From: Tenericutes bacterium ADurb.Bin239
Lineage (GTDB): Bacteria; Bacillota_I; Bacilli_A; RFN20; CAG-826
Direction: 5' to 3'
NCBI GenBank assembly: GCA_002069815.1
Contig: MWCB01000001.1
Coordinates: 65,786 to 129,785, forward strand
DNA: 64,000 nucleotides
This document shows, in pieces, positions 56,860-64,000 of the stretch (the stretch's first letter is position 1; every line of letters begins with the position of its first letter). A program made the position numbers and the translations under genes. The notes beneath the pieces are model-generated. The model made no database searches. It was not told the DNA's origin and worked only from the letters and a program-made list of their open reading frames with translations.

Positions 56860-58616
56860 TGAAAAATAAATCATTACCATTTTTAATTGATAATTTACCA
56901 ACGGAGCCCGGTGTTTATTTAATGCAAGACGCTCATGGTCGCATCATTTATATTGGTAAGGCCAAAGACTTAAAAAAGCGCGTAAGTCAGTATTTTAATC
57001 GCCCGCAACCACCTAAAGTAGCGGCCATGGTAAAAAAGATTGCGAAGTTTGAAACAATTGTCACTAATAGTGAGAAAGAAGCCTTTATCCTCGAACTAAA
57101 ATTAATTCAAACCCATTATCCCCGCTATAACGTCATGCTTAAAGATGACTCGCATTATCCTTATATTGCCCTGACTAAAAAAGGGGATCCCATTGTCAGT
57201 ATCAAACGGAAGGCAAATGACCCGAAATTTATATATTTTGGACCGTTTCCCGCGAGTCAAAAAGCTTATCAGATTGTCGATTTAATTGATAAAATTTTTA
57301 TGACGCGAAAATGTAAAACACGGAGTAAAACACCATGCTTTTATTACCATTTAGGGCAGTGTCCTGGTTATTGTTTTAAAGTAATCAGTGATGATGAAAA
57401 AGATAGGATTCGAAATAGTATTTTAACTTTCTTAAATGGTCGAGATAAAGAGACACTTAAACACTATGAAACAAAGATGAAAGAAGCAAGTAAAGAGCTT
57501 AACTTTGAGAAGGCGCAAGACTATAAAAATATCGTGGAGGCCATTAACCACATTTATAGTGGACAAAACGTTGAACTTACGAATAAAGTTGACATTGATG
57601 TGATTGCGTTCACACAGATTGATGATTACATCGGTTTAAATATTCTTTCCTATCGTGCGGGCGTGCTCTTAAACGAACAATTTGCCGCCGTGCCATTATT
57701 TGGCGACTTAAATGAACAAATAATGCAACTCATCGGTCAATATTATGAAAAACATCCGCTGCCCTCTAAATTAATGCTTGGTAATTCTTTTATCGCTGAT
57801 TCACTTTCTAGTTATTATGAAATTGAAGTAATCGTGCCCCGTCGTGGACAAAATTTAGAAATACTTAATCGGGCTTACCAAAACGCGACTACATCGCTCC
57901 AAAAACATCGACGCTACCATCAACAATTAGGAAGTGACAATGAAAGTTTAAGTGTGCTCAGCGAAGTGCTTGATATAAATTATCCGAGTCATATTGATTT
58001 TGTTGATATTGCGCACTTATTTGGTAGTGAAGCAATTGGTGTTGTCGTTACTTTTAAAAATGGGCGGCCTTTTAAGAAATTATATCGTAAATACAATATT
58101 GAATCCGATAATAAATTTGATGATTATACGAATATTAAAGAAGTACTTACCCGCCACTATAAACGTAAACTTAGTGAAGGTAAACATTTGCCCGATTTAT
58201 TAATTATCGATGGTGGCAAAGGTCAATTAAATGCGGCTTTAGAAGTCACTAAGGAATTAGAACTTGATTGCTATGTTGTGAGCCTTGTTAAAGATGATAA
58301 ACATCAAACCCGCGCTCTTATCAATAAAAATGGTGAGGAAATCGGATTAGATAGAAACTTATTAGCGTATTTAGCGATGATTCAAAATGAGGGACATCGT
58401 TACGCGATTACGAGTCACCGCGCGCAGCGGGGAAAAGCAATCTACACTAGTGTATTAGATGGTATCAAAGGGTTAGGGAAGAAACGAAAAATGGTTTTAC
58501 TTAATACTTATAAATCAATTGATGTCTTAAAAACAGTCTCCTTCGATGAATTAAGTCAATTAATCCCAAAAGAAGTGGCGAAAGCTTTACTTGAAAAACT
58601 AAATACTGATAGTTGA
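56859..58616 (+). CDS. uvrC: Excinuclease ABC subunit C
   Basis: 585 aa; GIY-YIG (GVYLMQD...IYIGKA), UVR domain, C-terminal endonuclease and HhH; TAATG coupling to mutS2. Confidence 0.95.
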   Translation: MKNKSLPFLIDNLPTEPGVYLMQDAHGRIIYIGKAKDLKKRVSQYFNRPQPPKVAAMVKKIAKFETIVTNSEKEAFILELKLIQTHYPRYNVMLKDDSHYPYIALTKKGDPIVSIKRKANDPKFIYFGPFPASQKAYQIVDLIDKIFMTRKCKTRSKTPCFYYHLGQCPGYCFKVISDDEKDRIRNSILTFLNGRDKETLKHYETKMKEASKELNFEKAQDYKNIVEAINHIYSGQNVELTNKVDIDVIAFTQIDDYIGLNILSYRAGVLLNEQFAAVPLFGDLNEQIMQLIGQYYEKHPLPSKLMLGNSFIADSLSSYYEIEVIVPRRGQNLEILNRAYQNATTSLQKHRRYHQQLGSDNESLSVLSEVLDINYPSHIDFVDIAHLFGSEAIGVVVTFKNGRPFKKLYRKYNIESDNKFDDYTNIKEVLTRHYKRKLSEGKHLPDLLIIDGGKGQLNAALEVTKELELDCYVVSLVKDDKHQTRALINKNGEEIGLDRNLLAYLAMIQNEGHRYAITSHRAQRGKAIYTSVLDGIKGLGKKRKMVLLNTYKSIDVLKTVSFDELSQLIPKEVAKALLEKLNTDS

Positions 58617-58651
58617 AACATTTAAGTGTTTATTGTAAAATAACTACCGAT

Positions 58652-58728
58652 GTCCCGGTAGCTCAGTCGGATAGAGCAACAGCCTTCTAAGCTGTGGGTC
58701 GGGCGTTCGAATCGCTCCCGGGATGCCA
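58652..58728 (+). tRNA. tRNA-Arg (anticodon TCT)
   Basis: 77-nt cloverleaf read by eye: acceptor GTCCCGG/CCGGGAT, D-arm GCTCAGTCGGATAGAGC, anticodon loop CTTCTAA, T-arm GGGCGTTCGAATCGCTC, encoded CCA. Confidence 0.9.
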
Positions 58729-58737
58729 TTATTAACA

Positions 58738-58778
58738 AGAGTTCGCCAAAGAATACAAAACTAGCGGACTCTTTTTTT
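58738..58778 (+). terminator. Terminator after tRNA-Arg
   Basis: 9-bp stem AGAGTTCGC/GCGGACTCT (one G-U pair), 17-nt loop, then TTTTTTT. Confidence 0.6.
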
Positions 58779-58857
58779 GATTGTTTTAGAAACATTGAAC
58801 AAAATCGCAAAATGTTTATTATTTTATTTTTTGTTAAGTTTTCGCTATGATAATTGT

Positions 58858-59787
58858 ATGGTTATTACAATTGGAGAAATACTCGTCGATATCTTTAAAA
58901 GCAACCACGATGAAAAGGTATTACCGGGTGGGGCCCCTTTTAATGTGGCGTGTAACATTGCCCACTTTGGCGGCGAAGTAAGATTTATAGGCAGCGTTGG
59001 TAATGATAAATATGGAAAAATGTTGACCGCCTTTGCCGAATCGCGACTTTTTCAATCAGTATTAATTAGAACTTTGAAAGATAAAATTACAACCCAAGCG
59101 ATTGTTACGCTAAAGAATGGCGAACGCACCTTTAAATTTAATCGACTAAATGGCGCTGATTATCATTTTGATCTTGACCCAGTTAGAAAAATCGAAATGA
59201 CGGGTAATACCATTGTTCATTTAGGGAGTTTGATGTTAAGCGAAAAAGAAGGACAAGATTTTGCCCTTGAAGTCGTAAATATCGTTAAAAGACGCGGCGC
59301 TAAATTGTCATTCGACTTAAATTATCGCGAAGATATTTTTGGAAATATGAGTGACTTTATGCCCGTTTTTAGCAAAATTATTAAAGAAGCCGACATTGTT
59401 AAATTTAGTGAAGAAGAAATCCTAGCCTACACTAGACAAATCGAAGTTGAAAGCGCAATCTTAACTTTTAATAATCCCCGTCAAATTGTAATTGTTACTC
59501 TTGGGGAAAGAGGTGCCCTCTATCGCTATAAAGGAAGACTTATTGAAGTTCCCTCGAAAAAAGTTAAAGCCGTTGATACAACGGGGGCGGGCGACGCTTT
59601 TTATTCGTTTGTGCTTTATGCTATATCAAAAATGGAACAATTTGATTTCACCCATCAAGCGCTAAGCGATATTATTTATTACGCAAATCTTGTTGGGGGT
59701 GCCGCGACTTTAAAACAAGGGGCAATCGGTGCTGTTCCCACCCTTAATGAAATAAAGTCATGGGGTTATACGGAAGGCGAAGGATAG
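58858..59787 (+). CDS. PfkB-family sugar kinase (fructokinase-like)
   Basis: Start moved to ATG 58858 (MVITIGEILVDIF); PfkB motifs GGAPFNVA and DTTGAGDAF. Confidence 0.8.
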   Translation: MVITIGEILVDIFKSNHDEKVLPGGAPFNVACNIAHFGGEVRFIGSVGNDKYGKMLTAFAESRLFQSVLIRTLKDKITTQAIVTLKNGERTFKFNRLNGADYHFDLDPVRKIEMTGNTIVHLGSLMLSEKEGQDFALEVVNIVKRRGAKLSFDLNYREDIFGNMSDFMPVFSKIIKEADIVKFSEEEILAYTRQIEVESAILTFNNPRQIVIVTLGERGALYRYKGRLIEVPSKKVKAVDTTGAGDAFYSFVLYAISKMEQFDFTHQALSDIIYYANLVGGAATLKQGAIGAVPTLNEIKSWGYTEGEG

Positions 59788-59809
59788 TAAATTTTAATTA
59801 AATAAGGAC

Positions 59810-59835
59810 AGCGCTCAGACAGAGCGCTTTTCTTA
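59810..59835 (+). terminator. Intrinsic terminator
   Basis: Stem AGCGCTC/GAGCGCT with loop agaca, followed by TTTTCTT. Confidence 0.75.
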
Positions 59836-59836
59836 A

Positions 59837-59845
59837 TGTTATAAT
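59837..59845 (+). promoter_or_regulatory. Extended -10 element placed for leaderless sirtuin mRNA
   Basis: TGTTATAAT, then 5 nt (aagat), then ATG 59851; no SD. Confidence 0.5.
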
Positions 59846-59850
59846 AAGAT

Positions 59851-60609
59851 ATGGAACAATTAACGGCGAAAGTGTTAGCGTTTAAGAAAATAATCGATCA
59901 AAGTAAAAATATTGTTTTCTTTGGCGGTGCGGGGGTAAGCGTCCCCAGCGGTATTCCTGATTTTCGAAGTGCCGATGGCGTTTACTTTGCACCCACGAAC
60001 ACTATCTATAGTGCGGAAGAAATGGTCTCCCGGACAATGTTTTACCGTAACACTGCTCTTTTTAATGATTTTTACTTTAAACATTTAGTGTATCCTGACG
60101 CTAAACCTAATCCCTGCCACTTATATTTAGCAAAATTAGAAGAAAAAGGAGTACTTACCGCGGTCGTTACACAAAACATTGATGGCTTGCACCAAATCGC
60201 TGGTAATAAAGTAGTCTATGAACTCCACGGCAGTGTCCATCGTAATTACTGCACGAAATGTCATACTTTTCATAACTTAGAACAAACATTAAAAGAACCA
60301 CAAGGAAAATGTAAACATTGTGGTAATTACCTTAAACCAGATGTTGTCTTATTTGAAGAAGGACTTGATGGGTTAACGCTAAGTAGATCGGTAACCGCTA
60401 TCAGTAAAGCCGATACGCTTATTATTGGGGGCACAAGTCTAATCGTACAACCCGCCGCGAGTTTAATTCATTATTTTCAAGGTAAGAATATCGTCGTCGT
60501 AAATAAAACAAGTATAAGGGTACCTACTTTCCTTGCTCCTAATCTTTTGTTTATCGAAGCGGATATTGGGAAAACTTTTGAACTTTTAAGTCAACTCGAT
60601 AATAATTAA
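59851..60609 (+). CDS. cobB: NAD-dependent protein deacylase (Sir2/CobB family)
   Basis: 252 aa; GAGVSVPSGIPDFRS, QNIDGLH, catalytic HG, Zn ribbon CTKC...CKHC. Confidence 0.9.
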   Translation: MEQLTAKVLAFKKIIDQSKNIVFFGGAGVSVPSGIPDFRSADGVYFAPTNTIYSAEEMVSRTMFYRNTALFNDFYFKHLVYPDAKPNPCHLYLAKLEEKGVLTAVVTQNIDGLHQIAGNKVVYELHGSVHRNYCTKCHTFHNLEQTLKEPQGKCKHCGNYLKPDVVLFEEGLDGLTLSRSVTAISKADTLIIGGTSLIVQPAASLIHYFQGKNIVVVNKTSIRVPTFLAPNLLFIEADIGKTFELLSQLDNN

Positions 60610-60630
60610 CGAAGGACACCAATCAACATT

Positions 60631-60789
60631 ATGCTCTCACTCATTCTCAATATTATAAATAATCCCTACCTAGTGGAATTAAACCAAGAAAAAAGTGTCA
60701 CCATTGCTATTGCGGTCACAATTGGAGTACTTGGCTTAACAGCGATGGCTGGTTATTATTTCTTATCTAAGAAAAATAAAAAAGATTAA
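60631..60789 (+). CDS. Orphan 52-aa mini-ORF consisting of little more than the C-terminal anchor module of the neighbouring surface protein (may be a gene remnant)
   Basis: MLSLILNIINNPYLVELNQEKSVTIAIAVTIGVLGLTAMAGYYFLSKKNKKD. Its last ~26 aa match AAAVAIGVIGLTAMFGYYFLTKKKRLA of the 60996-62615 product. Weak, distant SD (GAAGGA 14 nt upstream); followed by a good terminator. Confidence 0.35.
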   Translation: MLSLILNIINNPYLVELNQEKSVTIAIAVTIGVLGLTAMAGYYFLSKKNKKD

Positions 60790-60795
60790 ATTTTA

Positions 60796-60823
60796 CAATT
60801 TCAAGCCTGAAATTGGTTTTTTT
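60796..60823 (+). terminator. Intrinsic terminator
   Basis: Stem CAATTTC/GAAATTG with loop aagcct, followed by GTTTTTTT. Confidence 0.75.
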
Positions 60824-60886
60824 GGCTTTCTATAAGAATTAATTTCTCTAATGAAACTTTACATTTTATGTGAACAAAAAATGAAA

Positions 60887-60915
60887 TTGTTCAATCCGCA
60901 TTTTCAACTTACAAT
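60887..60915 (+). promoter_or_regulatory. Promoter of surface-protein gene 1
   Basis: TTGTTC (60887-92), 17 nt, TACAAT (60910-15); leaves an ~75-nt 5' UTR. Confidence 0.55.
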
Positions 60916-60995
60916 AGTATTAAATTACTTATAAAATAAATTTTAGATATATACACGTATACATGCCTATATATTATAAAAGGAGGTAAAACATT

Positions 60996-62615
60996 ATGCG
61001 TAAAATAACAAGAAAAATACTCGGACCATTAGCCGTTTTAGCGATGGCATTAGGTGTAGGTCTTAGTGTTGCAAAAACAAAAGATATTAAAAAGGTTGAA
61101 GCTTTGCCAGAAGTAGGGACTTATACTATCACTGGCAAAGACACATTAGCACAAACAGGTGTTGTTCCAACAGGTTCAAGTGCATCGTTAGTAGAAACCT
61201 ACGGTACTAGTAAGCAAATGACATCTGGAAACTCCCAAACTGTTACACTAACAGGCTATGGATGCACAAAAATTACCCAAATAACATTATCTGCTTGTTC
61301 AAACGCAAAAGGTGGTGCTGGCAATTTTACTTATTCACTTGATGGCGGGAATACTTATACTGATATTATAGCTACAGCTGCTTTTAATACTGATTCATGG
61401 AATGGGGCATGGTCTACAACCTATGTTCCTATTGTTAAAGCGGTCGATATAGTTGTTTCTGATTCGGCAACTCTTATTCTTAAAGTTGCGGCGACTGCAA
61501 ATTCATTGTATGTTGAATCTTACGCTCTCACTTGGGAAGAAATTGTTCCAGAAGAACTTATAAGTTTAACTATGAATAAATCAACTGCTACTATGCAAGT
61601 TGGAGACGAAGAAGTATTTAGTGTTGCTCCAACACCCGCTTCAGCAAGCGCTAGTGTCAGCTGGTCATCCTCCAATGGTACAGTTGCCAGTGTTGATAGT
61701 ACTGGTAAAGTTACTGCAAATAGTATCGGTCTTGCCACTATTACCGCAACTTCAACAGTAAAAGCATCAGTAACTGCAACAGTCGACATCACCGTTGTTG
61801 CAGCGAAATACTATGACCTTGCAGCCGCTGGTGACTTAATGTTTGGTGCAACTTATACCATAGCAACAGATAGCGCGGTGGGATTTGGGATGAATAACGA
61901 TGTTGTTTCTACTACCGTTATTGGCTATTATTCGGCAACGTATAATCTTACTTCGCTTAGACATTCGCCTTCTACAATGTTACTGTCTTTAGAAATGGGA
62001 ACGGTAGCCGATAGTTTTGCATTTAAAATATTGAACGGAAATAAAGTAGGCGAATATTTAACCCTTAATAAGAATGACAACTATTTACAAACAAGTCTTA
62101 CCAAAAATGATGCTGCTTTATGGACCATTTCATTTAGTGGTGATGATGCTGTGATTAAAAATGTTACCTATAACACTAGAACAATTAGATATAATACGGC
62201 ATATCCAAGATTTGCTGCTTACACTACTGGTCAAACAGCGGTTCAGCTCTTTGTTGATTCGGTCACAAAAACTGCTGCAAATGCTGCTAACAGTTATGCT
62301 AATGATGTTATGAATGGTGTTGGTGCGGGAGCCAATAAAAAATGCGGTGCGATTAAAACAGTTTTAGATAATGGGTATTCACGTCTATCTACAACTGCTC
62401 AAGGTATATTTGATTCATCGTCTGAGGAACTATTTGTGAACGCAAGAGCGAGACGGGCTTATTTAGAAGCTTGGGTTGCTGCTAATCCTCCAGCACCTGT
62501 ACGCTATGTAGATAGAAATAATAATTCAATCGCTGCCGCCGTTGCAATTGGTGTTATTGGATTAACAGCGATGTTTGGATATTACTTCTTAACCAAGAAG
62601 AAAAGACTTGCCTAA
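60996..62615 (+). CDS. Secreted, C-terminally anchored surface protein with a Big_2 domain
   Basis: 539 aa; N-terminal signal sequence (no lipobox Cys); Ig-like Big_2 domain (aa ~188-268: SVSWSSSNGTVASVDSTGKVTA...ITAT); uncharacterised modules; C-terminal TM helix plus KKKR tail; AAGGAGG SD. Confidence 0.7.
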   Translation: MRKITRKILGPLAVLAMALGVGLSVAKTKDIKKVEALPEVGTYTITGKDTLAQTGVVPTGSSASLVETYGTSKQMTSGNSQTVTLTGYGCTKITQITLSACSNAKGGAGNFTYSLDGGNTYTDIIATAAFNTDSWNGAWSTTYVPIVKAVDIVVSDSATLILKVAATANSLYVESYALTWEEIVPEELISLTMNKSTATMQVGDEEVFSVAPTPASASASVSWSSSNGTVASVDSTGKVTANSIGLATITATSTVKASVTATVDITVVAAKYYDLAAAGDLMFGATYTIATDSAVGFGMNNDVVSTTVIGYYSATYNLTSLRHSPSTMLLSLEMGTVADSFAFKILNGNKVGEYLTLNKNDNYLQTSLTKNDAALWTISFSGDDAVIKNVTYNTRTIRYNTAYPRFAAYTTGQTAVQLFVDSVTKTAANAANSYANDVMNGVGAGANKKCGAIKTVLDNGYSRLSTTAQGIFDSSSEELFVNARARRAYLEAWVAANPPAPVRYVDRNNNSIAAAVAIGVIGLTAMFGYYFLTKKKRLA

Positions 62616-62637
62616 TAAGCAATCAGGTTAATAACTA

Positions 62638-62664
62638 AGCCGGGAGTCGTCTCCCGGCTTTTTA
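62638..62664 (+). terminator. Intrinsic terminator
   Basis: Perfect 9-bp stem AGCCGGGAG/CTCCCGGCT with loop tcgt, followed by TTTTT. Confidence 0.85.
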
Positions 62665-62697
62665 ATATTTATTTTTCGATAATATATTACACATATA

Positions 62698-62726
62698 TTG
62701 AAAAGTATTAAAAATGTAGGTATTAT
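62698..62726 (+). promoter_or_regulatory. Promoter of surface-protein gene 2
   Basis: TTGAAA (62698-703), 17 nt, TATTAT (62721-26). Confidence 0.55.
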
Positions 62727-62780
62727 GTTATTAAAGTTTATTTTTATATATTTATCCAAAGAAGTGGGAGGTATTAATAT

Positions 62781-64000
62781 ATGAATAAAATAATTAAGAA
62801 GATACTTGCTCCTTTTGTTCTTTTATCTTTAGCGGTAGGAGCAGGACTTAGTGTTTCAATAACAAAAGAACCTGTAGAAGTAAAAGCTGCTACTACTGAT
62901 GGTTCAGAGTGGAAGCGAGTCAATAGTCTTGCAGACCTTACAAGTGGTGATTGGTATGTGTTTATGGGTGAAGCCGCTACTAAAAATGTAATGTCGGTAT
63001 CGCGTGGCAAAGATTTTCAGGAACGTTTTTTATTACCGAATAATACGAATGCTAATGACTTAGGAACAAATACGATTGATGATCAAGCTATTGTATGGAC
63101 ATTAACTGGTTCAGGTAGTAGTTTTAAAATTAATTCCGTAAAAGATGGCGCGAGTGGATATTTATACTATAGTGGCTCATCAAACGCCGTAAATTATGGA
63201 AATATACAACAAGATTGGACTTTTGCTTATAGTTCAGGTTTATTTGTTATTACTAATCCAGGCGGTCGTAAACTCCAATATAATAGTTCAGCCCCAAGAT
63301 TTGCGACGTATTCAAGTGGTCAAAAAGATATCGCTTTGTATAAATATACAGTATTTAGCAGCCCACTAGTGTCACTTTCATATGAAGGAACACCGATTAC
63401 CGATTATTATGAAGGTGATTCATTCGATCCAACAGGATTAACTTTTACCGCTCATTTTGAAGACACATCAAGTGTCGATGTTACTGGTTCCGTTAGTTTT
63501 AGCCCTGACCCGTTAACTGTTGGCACAACAAAAGTAACCGCTAGTTATACAATGGGCGGGATTACTAAATCGATTGATATTACTGGTCTTAATGTCACCA
63601 TTAATCCTTTCCAACTAGTAGGATCTTATGAGTTTGGTGCATCGGGACACACTTCATGGCCTATAAGTACTGGAATGGGTACTTATTTTGGTTCAGGATA
63701 TGGAGTTAGTAACGCTAGTAGTGGCGGAAGGGTAAAGGCAGCCCGCTTATTAGAAAGTGTTCCCGTCGCAAGTACCATTCGCGTAACAATTGAATCAATC
63801 ACAAATGATGCGACAAATACAACTGATGTTAGTGTTTATGGATTAAATTATAACGGTGAACGTATTACTGGAGTTAGTGGCACTTATACTAACCCAACGA
63901 ATGATGGCCTTAGCAATATTGATGCTTTAAAAAATAGAGCAGCTGAATTCCCGGGTGAGTTCACATTTGCCCCACCCGTAGATGTTAAAATTTATGGACT
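62781..64000 (+). CDS. Paralogous secreted surface protein with a Big_3-like Ig domain (partial, runs off the window)
   Basis: Not in the ORF track because no stop is reached. ATG 62781 with a GGGAGG SD. Signal sequence MNKIIKKILAPFVLLSLAVGAGLSV closely matches that of the upstream gene. Shares the module ...QYNSSAPRFATYSSGQ.... Big_3-type segment YEGDSFDPTGLTFTAHFEDTSSVDVTG...VTASY. Confidence 0.65.
   Translation, partial: MNKIIKKILAPFVLLSLAVGAGLSVSITKEPVEVKAATTDGSEWKRVNSLADLTSGDWYVFMGEAATKNVMSVSRGKDFQERFLLPNNTNANDLGTNTIDDQAIVWTLTGSGSSFKINSVKDGASGYLYYSGSSNAVNYGNIQQDWTFAYSSGLFVITNPGGRKLQYNSSAPRFATYSSGQKDIALYKYTVFSSPLVSLSYEGTPITDYYEGDSFDPTGLTFTAHFEDTSSVDVTGSVSFSPDPLTVGTTKVTASYTMGGITKSIDITGLNVTINPFQLVGSYEFGASGHTSWPISTGMGTYFGSGYGVSNASSGGRVKAARLLESVPVASTIRVTIESITNDATNTTDVSVYGLNYNGERITGVSGTYTNPTNDGLSNIDALKNRAAEFPGEFTFAPPVDVKIYG

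Noticed and set aside
58622-58810. 62-aa minus-strand ORF between uvrC and the PfkB kinase
   Set aside because: It is antisense to and fully covers tRNA-Arg (58652-58728) and its terminator, so the ORF is an artefact.
59851-60609. Sir2-domain protein as part of an anti-phage system (Thoeris/DSR/SIR2-HerA-like)
   Set aside because: It is a compact 252-aa CobB-type sirtuin with an intact Zn ribbon and catalytic His. It has no fused effector or sensor domains and no partner genes (TIR, HerA, Argonaute, etc.) nearby. Its neighbours are a sugar kinase and surface proteins.
1-64000. CRISPR arrays, IS elements/transposases, integrases, prophage genes, rRNA operons, UGA-as-Trp recoding
   Set aside because: No repeat-spacer periodicity, terminal inverted repeats or recombinase-like ORFs were seen. 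Only one tRNA and no rRNA-like sequence were found. TGA terminates feoB, and all long ORFs are intact under the standard code.

Overview
AT-rich, almost fully coding 64-kb window of core chromosome. It uses the standard genetic code: long ORFs are uninterrupted and feoB ends in TGA. Several gene blocks follow Bacillus-type synteny: CcpA-like regulator/tyrS/rpsD/ezrA/nifS/thiI, infC-rpmI-rplT, thrS, pfkA-pyk, dnaB-dnaI, dnaE-polA-fpg-coaE, pheST/rnhC/mutS2/uvrC. The division cluster, however, is reduced to mraZ-rsmH-small TM protein-ftsA-ftsZ with no peptidoglycan genes. From this I infer a wall-less Firmicute-derived lineage (Acholeplasma-like Mollicute); no species call is possible from the sequence. 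The window also carries pepV, trmB, two M42 aminopeptidase paralogs, a short NAPRTase, feoA-feoB plus an unlisted 56-aa Cys-rich partner ORF, sodA, a ROK kinase, nrnA, ackA, glgB-glgP, a dimeric-dUTPase-like gene, a YgjP-like metallopeptidase, a TrmH-family methylase, yceD, ileS-lspA-rluD, one tRNA-Arg(TCT), a PfkB sugar kinase and a Sir2 deacylase. At the 3' end is a small accessory patch encoding paralogous secreted surface proteins. RNA and regulatory elements I can read directly are three T-box leaders (thrS, pheS, ileS), an L20-type attenuator before infC, MraZ direct repeats, several sigma-A promoters and many intrinsic terminators. I see no mobile element, CRISPR array, prophage or recognisable multi-gene defence island, and no convincing novel multi-gene system. 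The most interesting signals are: (1) a recurrent leaderless-mRNA architecture, TGnTAWAAT followed by 5-7 nt and then ATG with no Shine-Dalgarno, including a mirror-image divergent pair at rnhC/mutS2; (2) three DnaA-box-like motifs phased at exactly 21 bp upstream of dnaB-dnaI; (3) a DnaI with both Walker motifs degenerate; (4) an Fpg-CoaE fusion; (5) a lysine-rich tail on GlgB; (6) a conserved C-terminal membrane-anchor module shared by a surface protein and an orphan 52-aa mini-ORF.
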